Shown: positions 1 to 12,759 of the stretch, piece after piece
Position numbering within the stretch: the stretch's first letter is position 1
How the letters are laid out: each line of letters begins with the position of its first letter
Source: Amphiscolops sp. MND2022
Lineage: Eukaryota
Direction: 5' to 3'
Assembly (NCBI GenBank): GCA_964187785.1
Contig: OZ076409.1
Coordinates: 88,724,001-88,788,000, forward strand
Length of the DNA stretch: 64,000 bases
Notes under the pieces: model-generated
Told to the model about the DNA's origin: nothing
Databases searched by the model: none
What the model saw: only the letters and a program-made list of their open reading frames with translations
Program-made: the position numbers and the translations under genes

Positions 1-268
1 GCAAAATATCTGAAACGGGGACCTTTCGGAGCCACGAAATTTTTCGAAAAGTCTCAGAGTGCCGAAAAAAATGAAAAGGCGAACCTTCAGTCTCGTCCGT
101 TTCCGCAAATGCACGAAGTTTTTGGCTGAAGCAGGGAATCGAATCCGCGGCCGCCGGGTTCCTCCTCAACCGATTAAAGTCTGTACTAAAAGTGGTACAT
201 ACACTGCGAGCTGAAAAAACTAGTCACTGTAATAGTCGGGCACTCTTCACCAGAAAAGCGCCGACTAA
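1..268 (+). mobile_element. HINE/DINE-1-like non-autonomous Helentron, terminal part (runs off the window edge)
   Basis: Ends in the family terminal hairpin agtcgggcac...aaagcgccgactaa shared with the copies at 1761, 15825 and 29907; contains the ggggaccttt core motif. Confidence 0.65.
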
Positions 269-341
269 GAACACAGGAGCTGAGGTTTTCGATCGCAATT
301 TTCAAATGGATTGAAATTGCTAAATCATCAGTGCTGAGTTG

Positions 342-1581
342 TTAGTCGGCGTTTTTCTAGCGAAAAGTGCCCGACTTTTACAGTGGCTAGTTTTTAGTCG
401 GCGCCTTTTCCTTTAAGGAAAAAAGCCTGACTATTACAGTGGCTAGTTTTTTTTCGTCAGACCACAGAGCTCATCGCGTATGTACCACTTTTTACGGAAA
501 CTGATAAGACTACTCAGGCAAAGTCAGGCTAATTGAAACTTAGTGAAAAGGGTCCCCCCTTTCATTTTTTACTTTTTTTTACTTAACCTACAAAACCGGA
601 AGAGACCAAAGGGTCCCTCCTTTCAATTTTTTTTCGGCACTGTGCGAAATTTTTTTCGAAAATTTTTCAAGGTCTCAAAAGAGTCCCCCCTTTGAGTTTT
701 TGATATTTTGCAACAGAATGTATGTTAATGAATCCCAAAGGGTCCCCCTTTTCATTTTTCGGCACTATGCGACATTTTCGAAGTTTTTTCCAATAAAAAT
801 TTCAAATTTTATTTTGTTCCCAGTCGGGAAACAGTGATTTTCCAGTCATATCGAGCATGAAAGGCACACTTTGGGTGTCTCGAAAGTGTTTTCAAAGCTT
901 TTCATGAATACGTCCTGAGCATATTTAGAAAACTTTGCGCTTCTTGAGCCTTAGATATAGCGCCGACTTTAGACGTTCCCGTCTTGTTGAAGTTTTTCGT
1001 TTGTAAAAACGTTTAATGAGCCTAAATGTCCTCTTTTTGAGTTTTTCGGCATTATGCGGCTTTAAAGAAAAACTTTTTTTGAAAAAAATTAATTCTTTCC
1101 AAATGTTTCCAATAGTTGTTCCTTGAACATTTTTGAGCCTTAGATATGGCGCCGACTTGGGACGTTCCCGTCTTGTTTTTTTTTCGTCAGACTACAATCT
1201 CACTCTGATTGGGCCACTTTTCTTACAATCGAAACTACTAAAACTACTACCATAATGCCAAGTCCGGTCAGCGGAAATTAGTGCAAAAGGGTTTCCCCTT
1301 TCATTTTTTACTTTTTTAACGTAACCTACAAAACCGGATGAGACTAAAGGGTCCCCCCTTTTGATTTTTTTCGGCATTGTGGGACTTTTTTCGAAAATTT
1401 TTTAATGTCTCAAAAGAGTCCCCCTTTCGAGTTTTTTGATATTTTGCAACAGAATATATGTTAATAAAGCTCAAAGGGTCCCCCCTTTTTTATTTTGCGG
1501 CACTATGCGACATTTTCTGAAAGTCTTTTGCGCTTTTTGAGCATTTGATATAGCACCGACTTTAGACGTTCCCGTCTTGTT
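342..1581 (-). mobile_element. Head-to-tail array of partial HINE/DINE-1-like copies
   Basis: Hairpin terminus ttagtcggcg occurs twice (342, 394); opposite terminus gc(g/a)ccgactt..gacgttcccgtcttgtt occurs three times (ending about 988, 1177, 1581); aagggtccccc internal repeats. Confidence 0.7.
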
Positions 1582-1760
1582 TTTTATTACGTTGTAATTC
1601 GATTTTTTTCTGACATCACTGGGTATAGCATAACAACTTAGTACCGAACGAAGACTTTTCAGAGAATATTGTCAGGTGATAAACGTTTCAAAGCAGATTT
1701 TTTCGAGTTGAAGGCAAAGTTTTTTGATACAATACAATTCAAAAGTAGTTTATACAGAAT

Positions 1761-2327
1761 AACAAGCCGGGACCGGCTCAAATCGGCGCCATATCTAAGA
1801 CTCAAAAATAGCAAAAGGACTTCAAAGTATCAAAGTATTCTTTTCTACAATACCTGAAAAAGCCAAAAAGTTGGACCGAATTGCCGGGCGACCCTTTCGC
1901 ATTTTTTCAACTTCCATTGTTGCAAAACATCAAAAAATTGAAAGGGGGACCCTTTGGTGACTTTTTTTCGAAAAAAGTCCCACAATGCCGAAAAACTGTA
2001 AGTGGGAACCCTTTGAGATTTTTCAACGTCCATGCTGTCACAAAACATCAAAAAATTGAAGGGTGGTACCTTTGGAGTAAAATTTTATTTTCAAAAAAAA
2101 ATTCATAAAGCCGAAAAAGGGGCCTTTAGTCTCTCCCGGCATTGTATGTTGCGCGAAAAAAGAGGAAAAACAAAACTTTTTCGTTCAGTTCGCTAGGCCA
2201 AATGATTCAATTTGGGACCATAAAATTTCGTAGAACTTCAAAGAACTATTTTGGTCAGTTCGTGTGGATTGAAAAAAAAGACTCACTATAATAGTCGCGT
2301 TTCACTTTATAAAGCGCCGACTAAAAA
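1761..2327 (+). mobile_element. Complete HINE/DINE-1-like element
   Basis: Starts aacaagccgggaccggctcaaatcggcgcc (subTIR), carries gaagggggaccctt repeats, ends agtcgcgtttcac...aagcgccgactaaaaa (hairpin plus inverted subTIR); A/T-run insertion with no TSD, the architecture known for Helentron-associated elements. Confidence 0.75.
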
Positions 2328-2935
2328 TACCGGTGGTGGTCAGATTCGAATATTAGCTGAAACAATACCGATTCAAAACACATTTTGTCAACTGACGAAT
2401 AGTTTTCCTCAATTCTCGCTCCCATACCTGACATGATTATGCGGTTTTTCCAGTTGGCAAAGTCTGAAAGACACGATAGGTTCACGAGTTTTAAATATTT
2501 TGGAAGCTTGAAAACTTGGAAAACTGATCAATTTTGAGTTGTTTTCCACATTGATTGTTTCGCTCTGCTGTTTGCTCATTTCACAAGTTGATATTGTAGC
2601 TTTACCAAGACGTCCGGTGTTTCTCCAGTATGCTGAATTGGAGTTAGAAACCGTCGTTCTCTTTATGAGCAATTTTCAACCCTTAGAATGGGAAATAGTT
2701 TCGATGTTTGCAAATCGTTTAATTCAGCATTATCAAAAGAAGCTGTCCGTTATGAAATAATTATTTTTCCATTTTCATGAATTCCACCGAAAGTCTTCTC
2801 CACCCTGGAAACTAGTTTTGAAAGAAATTAGATTTTTTTGAAACTTTCCTCTGAAACAAGGCAAACTGAGACCAGTTTGCAACACCGTACAAATGATGTC
2901 TATCAATAGCAGCGTTGGGCAGTTTTTTGTCATAA

Positions 2936-4270
2936 AAAAGCCGGGAACGGCCCAAGTCGGCCCCCCGATCAAGGTTCATAAGAACAAAGTTTTTTATCAT
3001 GCAAACAGACACTATTGCGAGAATTTTATCAAATGGTTGAATTTAGAGTGCCGGGAAATACCCGGAAAGACACCCATAAGACTCAAAACCGCTTTTTTTC
3101 TTAATTGGAAACATCACAAAGCTTAATTTTTCCAAAAACAATTCAGGGCTTTTCACAGGTCGAACACATCTTGACCCTGTTTTCCGAAAAAAAAATGCAC
3201 AGTGCCAAAAAATCTGTTAGTCGATTCCACAAATGCTGAAACAAACTCTCATCAGTCCGACAGGGCCAAAAATAATCAAAGAGGTCACTCTTAAGACTTG
3301 GAAAACATTTTTTTACCCACAAGGAGCCAAAAATTGTGGAAAAATTATTGTACTTCTTTTTGTAAGTCGCAGAGCACCGGATAAAATTTGAAGTAACCAC
3401 CTATGCTGGCAAGACGCTTTGTTTCTGTTAAAACTCTTGGGAAGGGATTTGAGTTTTGAAAAATAGGCCCCTCCGGGGCTCAGTACTATTTCTTTAATCT
3501 TTATTTTTTTGAAACAAAAAAAATCATTAATAAAAGAATCATATCTGGAATACCAATACACTCCTGTTTAATCATTACTCAGAGCACAATTAATCACTGT
3601 ACAAGTTTACACCGCCTTTAATTCTTCTCGGACTTAAGAAAATATAACTACTAAGCGTAGACGAAGTTTCGCATTCGCATTTGAATGCAGGCGAAGCTCT
3701 CAACGAACGAATAATTAACACTCATTCGCTTCATCTCAATAACTCGGGGCAACGAAAGCACAATTACGAACATTCGCTCGCTTCATCTCAATGACGACAG
3801 CATACGAATGGATAATTACCACTCGCTCGTTCCATCGCACTAGAATTGAATTGTTGTCGGCAGCTTTCCCACGCTTACAGTCACTGCCGAACAAAATATC
3901 TGAATTATTCAGTATCACGACAAAAATTGTTCTGAAAAAAAGTAGAAAGTTTGAGGTTTCAATAATATTCCTGCTAAAGCAGAAATATTAAAAACCAGAA
4001 TAAAAATTTTGTAATGTCGAAAAAACACCAAAGAGGCCATTTGGTTTCCCTATAAAAAATGGTTTAAGGCGAGACTCGAAACCACATACTCCAACTTCTC
4101 AGACCTCGCCAACAGAGAGGAAATCCGAATTAGCCAATAGGCCAAGTGGCAGTGGGACTAACAAACCCAGAGACTAACTAACTTGAATTGCCTATTTCTC
4201 CCAGTTGGCCGTTCTTTAAAAAAGCCCCAGCTACAGTCGGTTCTTTGCTTCGATATGCACCGACCAAAAA
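2936..4270 (+). mobile_element. Diverged HINE-like element with internal insertion or variant core
   Basis: 5' aagccgggaacggcccaagtcgg and 3' agtcggttctttgcttcgatatgcaccgaccaaaaa termini resemble the family; contains a tRNA-like segment at 4060-4105. Confidence 0.5.
3520..3990 (+). repeat. Unclassified interspersed repeat (copy 1)
   Basis: Aligns by eye with 12760-13205 (catatctggaata, gtttcgcattcg.atttgaatg.aggcgaagctctc, cattcgcttcatct blocks). Confidence 0.7.
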
Positions 4271-5061
4271 CTCAACTTTAAACAAGATTATTTGAAGTTA
4301 TTTTTGCTAGACTTTTTCAACTAAAAGTTTTCAAGTAGGACGTTTGATTATAAGTATGTTGAGGGTATATGAGGGTAGTATATGAATCCCTCAACCAGTT
4401 GTAAAATTTTGTGTTTGTAATTTCTAATCTTTTCAATTTTTTCTGGCTATAATGTGAAGGTTAAGCCCCTTTTGTGGTTGATATTTGGATATCATGAGGA
4501 TGTGTGGTTTTGTTGAGCGATTCTATTGGTTATTCTACACGTTTCTTCTATTAAAATTCTAGGGAGATTTGAGTTTTGAAAAATCAGATTCAAAATTGTA
4601 TGGTGTCAAAAAACATCAAAGGGGCACCCTGTGGTATTGCCTAGACTTTTGCAAGTGTCCCCTATACTTTTGACGTTATATCCGAAGTATATTGCATTTT
4701 AATAAGGATGAGGTGGATATTCAAAAACAAGTACTCTCATTTGTCTCAGTAGGCTTTATCCGAAGTTCTGACGTTATATCCGAAGTAATTGCGTTTTACT
4801 GACGCGTAGGTTCGAAAAAGGGCTGTAATTTGTTTCAGCACGCTAAGTTCGAACTTTTGGTGGGTGTTCCGAAACTTAGAGTTTTTCATTTAAAAAGTCT
4901 TGAGCAACTTTTTAAAATTTGCGCTATTTGAGCCTTAAGTAACGCCGACTTGAGACAATCACGCCTGGCTATTTCATGAAAGTGCTGACAAAAATCAGTT
5001 CATTTCAATTTCTGCCTGAAACTACCAGCTGCACGCTGAAAAGTTAAAAAATACTTCCACT

Positions 5062-5152
5062 TGGCTTGATGGTGAGGGCGAGTCTGGGTGTGGTAGCGAG
5101 CACTAGGAACCATGTGATCGTCAAGTAGGTTCGAATCCCGCGCTGTAGCAAA
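5062..5152 (+). mobile_element. Possible tRNA-derived SINE remnant
   Basis: B-box ggttcgaatcc near 5128 with a loose A-box-like tggcttgatgg upstream; no full cloverleaf. Confidence 0.3.
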
Positions 5153-6589
5153 AAGTTTTACTAGTTTGGAAACGTAGACAAAATCAAAGGGTCACAAAGT
5201 TTTTTGGCAATTTAAATCTAAATCTAACCAAGAAACCAAGAAGTAGGCTGCAGTTTGCAACTAGGCATTTTCAAACTAGGCATTAGATGTTTCGAAGGAG
5301 AGGCGGTGGAAATACTCACTTTCAAGTACTCCTTCGAAATTATATGAATAAATACGTGAATTAGTTTTTACACCTGTTAGAGGCACTTTAGTTGAGAATA
5401 TTCCGTTGCCTTTTTTCGAACAAATTAAGTTTGCAAATGACTAAGTTTTTTTCAAAATGCATCTTGTAACAGCATACGGAAAATATCGCAGTGCCATTAC
5501 GGATTTTGTAAATTATTAATTTCACCAACCTCTAACTGAACACTGCTAGCAAAGCGAGAAAATTGTCATTATTGTGTTGGGCCTTGAGTCCTAGTCTCTG
5601 GAAATCGAGTTAGAGAAGAGCAAAACGAATACTAAGTTAAATTAACGAATTGACAAAAAATAAAAGTTTAAATCATTTCTAAATGTGCATAAAAGGCAAC
5701 AATACTCTTTCTTGTAATTTGCAAGGTCATCAGATAATTTTTAAGACTAAAATAAAACTTTGTTAGTTTCAATACACAGATGTGGACTTCAATTTTATTG
5801 CAGAAACGTTGCTTGATACATCACCTATTTCTTTGATGCCATCAGAATTGAGCGATTGACATCAACCACTCAGGTTAGTCTCCAAGATCCATGACTCCTC
5901 TGGTACTTTCCGCTTTTGTCAAACTTCTTGACAGCATCTGCTGAAGACGGGCGTGTGTATTTACTAACACGTGTGCGGGGTTTCAAGTGGGGTTGTTTCG
6001 GGTTTCAGGTTAGAGCAACGGAAGGACCCACCAGTAACTACGTAAATCATGCTGTTTGCAAACAATTTGGGTTGCATCTTTTACTGCATTCATTGCACAC
6101 ACGCATTAGTACAGCGTAGCCACAGCACAATCAATTATTGGGGTGAATTCTGACGGGACGTGACACGGGGGAACAGCTGAAAACAAACGCTTTTGTTTCA
6201 CTAATTCAAAGAAACAATTGCTTTTCACAGCAATGGATACGCGTTTTTATGACATATAAAAGCGTCATTATTGGTACGAATTTTGTGAAGAAGCATCCAA
6301 AACTCGTCTACTTTCAATTTCAATTGACAAAACAAAGACAAAGGTGGCTAATACTCCCAGAGAAATGTCTTTGAAAGAGACGTGTTTTTTTTTAAAAAAA
6401 ATTGAATATGTATTGAAAAATCAATAAATGAGTTGAGATTCTGTATGAAAAGAATTACTCAGCAGCAGAAAAGGCAAAAATGTGAAGTCTGTTCTATAAT
6501 CCCCCAGCCAACTGAAAAAAATCAATACGCATCTTCCAAATACTCGAATCTTTTCATGCTTGTTTGCATTCACAATTTGCGGCGATCTG

Positions 6590-6650
6590 AACAAATTGAT
6601 CTGAACAAATTGTTTAACACATAACGGGTAGTCGAAGAGCTCAGGTGATT
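6590..6650 (+). repeat. 61-bp exact direct repeat, left copy (partner 12228-12288)
   Basis: aacaaattgatctgaacaaattgtttaacacataacgggtagtcgaagagctcaggtgatt is identical at both positions. Confidence 0.95.
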
Positions 6651-6857
6651 GAGAAGTAGACGTCACTAAAAAGATGAACTAATTAGTTCATAGTACCTGC
6701 CAGTGCCTACGATGAAGAGCTTTACAGTATGAACATTAGTTGAAGTTGAACTCTATGATACAGATAGTGAATAGTTCATACATTAACGATCATTACTTTG
6801 TGTTGATTTGTATTACTTTTAATTCACACTTCTTACCATATCTTCTCCGAGTTAACA

Positions 6858-6871
6858 TGGCGCAGTCAGCA
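6858..6871 (+). promoter_or_regulatory. Primer binding site, tRNA-Ser type
   Basis: tggcgcagtcagca immediately after the LTR-terminal CA; TGGCGCAGTC is the tRNA-Ser PBS type known from Drosophila 17.6/297. Confidence 0.8.
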
Positions 6872-6876
6872 ATCTA

Positions 6877-9800
6877 ATGGACAACCCAGACCCAAATACC
6901 TCAGAACGATCTGGGCAACAAGCCGCAAACCAGACAATAATGAACCAGACGACGGCAGACAGACTGGAGAAGAACAAGTACAAAATACCGATTTTATCGG
7001 ATAGAGAAACGGATCTCACCAAGATAAACCCACGAATGTGGTGGGAGCAGATTTCGGAATACATACACATCACATACAACCGAAATCTAGAAGAATTGAT
7101 GGATCAAGGCGTCGACCAAATGGATCCGCATACGGTGTACCATATCAAGGGAGACGTCATCTGGGCTTTAGGCCCCAAGGCCAAACATGAAATCATGAGA
7201 GGACAATGGGGCAAAGAGCTAAAAGATATTGACCTCCCAGAAATGCTGAAGCTATTCAAGAAAACATTCATACCAGCAAGGAATGTATTCCACAGCCGGG
7301 CACAATTTTTCAATATCCAACAAGATGAAAATGAAACTTTAGACGAGTACTGGAAGAGATTAGTGGACATCGAGCGAAAATGTGAATTCAACAGCATCAC
7401 ACCGGAAGAAATCATTACATACAAATTTGCAGCAACAATTAATGACAAAAAAGCCCGAGACAAATTCATAAAAGGACCGCTGAAACTTCAAATGGTACTC
7501 GAAACCATTGAACAAGACAATTACAACCGCAAATACGGAGACAAAAAAGCAAATAAACGACCCCGAAAAGTCAAATTGGAAAGTTCATCAAGTGAAGAAC
7601 AAGTCGCCCACACACAACCAATACGGAAACAAAAAACCGCAGAAACATGGAAGAAAATACCAAACCGTAATTGCCGCTTTTGCGGTAAACCAAATTGGTC
7701 AATGGAACATATTTGTCCAGCACGGAGAGCACAGTGTAATAACTGCAAGAAGATGGGTCACTTTGCCAAAGTGTGCAAATCCAAAACCGTCAGCCGGATA
7801 CAAAAAGGACCGTCAACGGACAGTGACACCGAATCATGGCCCGAAATTGATCACATCCAATCCGTCAACGGCATAAATCGGATCGACTTCTACAAAGCGA
7901 TACTATTGGTTCAAGGACAGCCAATAGAATTTATCATCGACACTGGCTCTCCGGTAACGATAATACCGCCTATAATTAATACAGCGGAATTACACAAAAC
8001 CACAAAAAGCTTTGTAGACGTAAATAAAAACCCGATAAAGTTCAAAGGTGAAACCATGGTGGAAGTAAAAACGGAGAAAAGCAAAATAACACTTCCCATA
8101 TTAATAACCGAGAACAAAAACACCCAACCCTTACTGGGACTGGATTGGCTGGACAAACTAGAAATCGGGCTACAAGGGATTACGAACACGAACATTATCA
8201 GATATATCGAAACGGATGAAAGAAGACAGAAGATCGTGAAAGAATACGAAGACCTATTCAAAAACAACCATACGATCAAAGATTTGGCAATCGACATCCA
8301 ACTGAAAAAAGACACAAAGCCGATACAACAAAAAGGACGACCAGTGCCAATACATTTCCAAAAAACGGTCAAAAATGAACTGAAGAAACTAATCGAAACC
8401 GGACACCTGGAAAAAGCAAACACCACAGAAAATTGTTTCGTCTCACCGGCTGTCATAACAATAAAGAAAGACAAGTCCGTGAAAATTGCCCTCGATTCAA
8501 GAAAAATGAACGAGGCATGTGTCAAAAGAAAAGCGACAATGCCAAATATGGAAGAACTGATCAGCAAAATATCAGCGGAAATAACCCGAAGCGACGGAGA
8601 AATCTGGATGTCAAAGATCGATTTGGACTACGCCTACGGACAAGCAAAATTAACCGCGGAGGCAGCCAGACATTGTGTATTTTCGATAATTGGCGGTGAT
8701 TTCACCGGCCATTACCGTTTCAAGAAAGGATTCTACGGACTGTCGGATATTCCTACCGTGTTTCAGGAACACATCGACAAAGTGCTAGAATTTAAAACAC
8801 CGGTCTGGCTAGATGACATCATATGTGTAACAAACGGAACAATTGATGATCACGAACGAGAAATTCGGGAAGTACTCACAAAGCTACAAAACGCCGGTTA
8901 CAGGGCAAGTGAGAGGAAAACCGAATTATTTAAATAGGAGATAACTTGGTTGGGTTATCACATTGATCAAAAAGGAGTGAAACCAATAAAAGATAAAACG
9001 GAAGCAATAACAAAACTGATGGCTCCAAAGAACGCTAAAGAACTAAAATCTTTCCTCGGCTCAATACAACACCTAGCGAAGTTCATCAATAACCTGTCCA
9101 AGAAGACAGACAGAATGAGGAGGCTGTTGAAGAAAGAAACTCACTGGGAATGGACACCCGAAATTGACGAAGACTTCGAGAATTTAAAGAAAGAAATAAC
9201 TGAACCCCCATGCTTGGCCCACTTTGACCCGAAGAAAGAAAATTATGTGACAACAGACGCATGCAACACGGGACTCGGAGCGACACTATGGCAGAAGGAA
9301 GGAGAAATTTTCAGACCAGTCGCATTTGCTAACAGATTTCTCACTGATTGCGAAAGAAAATATGCTATTAACGAGTTAGAGTTGCTAGGGGCACTATGGG
9401 GTTTAGAATACTTCAGGTATTTTGTATACGGAAAAAGGGTAAATTTGCTAACTGACCACCAAGCGCTACAGCCGTTGCTAAAACGGAACAGGGCACATAA
9501 ACAATATAGCGCCAGGTTAACACGGTGGTTAGACAGATTAAGCCACTTCGACGTAAATGTTCAATATACCGCCGGTAAAAACATCCCATTGACGGACTAC
9601 TTAAGCCGACATCCGATCGTAAACACCGATGAAAGCGCAGCGGAGAATAACTTAAACGGTCAAAACGAAACGGAATCCGAACAAGAGTTCGTAATAAACC
9701 AAATACACGGCTTATTCGATTTCATTCAAACGAACGGAAGCATAAAACGATTCACAGAACGAACAAAGCCGAGACAAAAAATCGACCAATCACAACACGG

Positions 9801-12192
9801 CATATGTAAGCGTGAACAAAATAGACAAACTCATTTGCTCAAAACTTCGATACCACTGAACGGTGTTAATCAAATCGCATCCGTGAATTCTTCAAATAGA
9901 TCAGCAAAGCCATCCAATATGGACAAAATAAACGGAATCGACATGCACTTCATATTCAAGAAAAGAGGGCATTCACCAGACACTCTCAGACTCTGGACAG
10001 AAAGAAAGAGACTACTGAAACCTGAAAATTGAGAATCGTGGGAAAAGGGACAGACAATGAAAGACTTCAAGAATACCGACCCTCACAGCAAGTACGAAAA
10101 AGAATTGTTGAATTAAATGTACAAATATACAACAGATTCTTTAGTTTTTGCGACACGCTGGGTACGACGCCGCTGAAAGCGTTCCAGCAGAACAATTACG
10201 AATCGTGGATAACACAGTCATCTGACACTGAAAGCCAAACGAGCAATGTCAGACAAGAAAAATGTCCCACAAACGCCATCAAAAAGTTTCGGAAACAAGA
10301 AACAATAAACCTAATCCGATTGAAACAAACCGTCAAGACGAACAACCTAGACGACGAACACAATGAGCGGACAGAGGAAACCATCAAGAAGGCCGAAAAA
10401 GATTTTGCACTCGACTTGCCGATGCTAGTAGAAGAAACGGCGAAACACACAAAAATCTTGAATGCTATCACTGCCGTCGAAAAGAACCAGATTGAGGAGA
10501 TCTTTTATCCCTATCGGCCACACAGACATCACCTGACAACCCGATTCGGTCTACTTTTCTATAACGACAAGATCGTTATACCTGAAGCAATGAGAAGCAC
10601 AATCATCGCCATGCTCCATCAAGGACACCCATCAGCCACAAGATGGACCAATCATCCGCAGCCTTCTGGTGGCCCGGCCTATATCGGGAGATAAAGGAAA
10701 AAGCGGAAAACTGTCCCAGCTGCAGGTCGTCAGGTAAGAATTTAACAACGCAATTACCGTCAACGGAGAAAAACTATTTAGAAATTTTGTCCGAACCGAA
10801 TCAAGAAATACAATTGGACTTTGCCGGTCCAATAAAATCAAAGACTCGCGGCGATGTATATATTTTAGTCGCAGTCGACCGTTTTAGCAAATGGCCCACC
10901 GCCAAAATTTGTAAAAACACCGACACACGGACAGTTTTAAAATTTCTAACGGAATATTGTTCAGATAACGGAACACCACGGAGCGTACGCACCGACAACG
11001 GTAGTTGTTTTAAAAGTAACGAATTCAAAGAATTTTGTAACCAAGAAAATATAAAACGCATTAGATGTACACCGAATCTACATACAGGTACCGGCCAAGT
11101 AGAAAGAACGATACGGACAATTAAATCATTAACTAGAGCTAATATGGCAGACGGCCTAACATTTGAAGAAGGTGTTAAATTGGCAATTAAAACAATTAGA
11201 CAAACTCCGCATAGTAAATTGAATATGACGCCATTCCAAATGCATTACGGACGTAAACCACGCACGGCAATAACCAATCTAATCGGTCGATCAGAATGTC
11301 TTCTCTCCAATTGGAAAAAGACACTGACCAATTACGTTTCAGCACAACCCACTGAGCTACAGATGTTTACAATCAACGACTCAGAGGGAGAAATGGCAGA
11401 TTATCTGATTCTTAACGATTCGAAGAAAAGAAACAGATCGGTAAGCAAGGAATTTAAACAGTACCAATTTTTTGAAAAAGAAAACAAACCAAATGCAATG
11501 AAATGCAGATTTAAAACCAACAAAATACTGACGGCCGTGAATGAAACTAAACACACTATAACAACGTCAGACGGAAAAATAATTCATAAAAAATTAGCGT
11601 CGAAACCGATAAAATTTCAGCTGCCGAAAAAGCCAGAGGAAAAGAAGAAACCAACAAATCGCTGTGTCAGATGCGGAAAGTTTAGCCAAGGAAAGTACTG
11701 CGATACCCACAAACGAGTATACGGTATCACCGACGAACCGGGATGCAGCTACACCCTTCCAACAATGCCAGAGAAAAGATCAACCTACGGCGATGTCATA
11801 GAGACGAGCAACGGACAAGACGCATCAACGGAAGAACAGGGACCGCAAGCAAGTAACACTACCGTCACAGCGGAAACGCAACGGCACGAAGAAGAAACCG
11901 CACCCGAGATACACACACCGCCACCGTCTACGCCGGTACAATGTAGCACCAGTTACGGCACACAACCAAAACAACCGGAAGGCGAACAACAGACGCCAAT
12001 ACGTGCCACTGTGAATACCGAAGCCACTCCGAAGAAAAGGAGAACAAGCCCTAAAAGAGGTAACTTAAAAATAGTAGACAAAAAGGAATTAAAAACCATA
12101 AAATACAAACAGAGTCACCTGACCTTCGTAGATCAAGTAGAATAAAAGGCGCTAAGCGAACCGTAAAATTAGGAGGGGTAGAGTATTTCTAA
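6877..12192 (+). pseudogene. Gypsy gag-pol polyprotein (disrupted)
   Basis: Zinc knuckle CNNCKKMGHFAKVC, protease IDTGS, RT (KIDL..AY, WLDD), RNase H (TTDAC, ELELL, TDH), integrase HHCC and DDE core; in-frame stop at 8935-8937 and frameshifts near 10025, 10640 and 12100; terminal RRSSR...GGVEYF*. Confidence 0.92.
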
Positions 12193-12227
12193 TTGGTTAA
12201 GTCGTTTAGAGTTCTCCAGCCCACTAC

Positions 12228-12288
12228 AACAAATTGATCTGAACAAATTGTTTAACACATAACGGGTAGTCGAAGAGCTCAGGTGATT
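12228..12288 (+). repeat. 61-bp exact direct repeat, right copy
   Basis: Identical to 6590-6650. Confidence 0.95.
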
Positions 12289-12759
12289 AAGGATAATAAT
12301 ACATTCATCTCAAAGTCGGAATTGGCGACTGGCCTGCCTACTGATGGACGTTGTATCACCGTTAATTCAACGAGTGATTCTTGTAAAAGCGTTAGGTTGC
12401 GGTGGCTAAATTCACCGGACGAAGTAGTGAATATAAAAAAGACCCAAAATGTTTCAGCTTATAACTTGGGAGAAAGAACATGCGGAATAGATTATTGCAT
12501 AATGTATATCTGGGAGGTTTGAAGAACCCGGTTCTTTTCCGAGTAAAACAATTATTAATCAAGTAATGAAGCCACAAGAAAGAATAACCTCGACACCTAC
12601 AACTATTGTGATGAGGCATATCGACAATGTGCACAGCATATTCTTCAAAACTCTTATCAATACCAAACATGATGTCTGCATATTTTTTCGAGCTCAATTT
12701 AAACTTTTTCGAAAGTAGTCCCCTGCGGGGCACATTATTATTTCTGCTTTGGGCTTTCA

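Larger units (their letters stand above)
6651..12227 (+). mobile_element. Ty3/Gypsy LTR retrotransposon, family 1 (partial 5' LTR ending 6857, no PPT or 3' LTR)
   Basis: LTR end ...gttaaca abuts the PBS; gag-PR-RT-RH-IN order; no PPT-LTR after the pol stop. Confidence 0.9.

Noticed and set aside
5870..6000. Minus-strand peptide KQPHLKPRTRVSK as the missing ASPP terminal exon
   Set aside because: Loose resemblance to LYPRIKPRQR, but no AG acceptor in front and an in-frame stop just upstream.
7104..8567. Antisense ORFs over Gypsy pol (121 aa and 218 aa)
   Set aside because: Shadow frames expected from the strongly A-rich sense strand; no domain signal.
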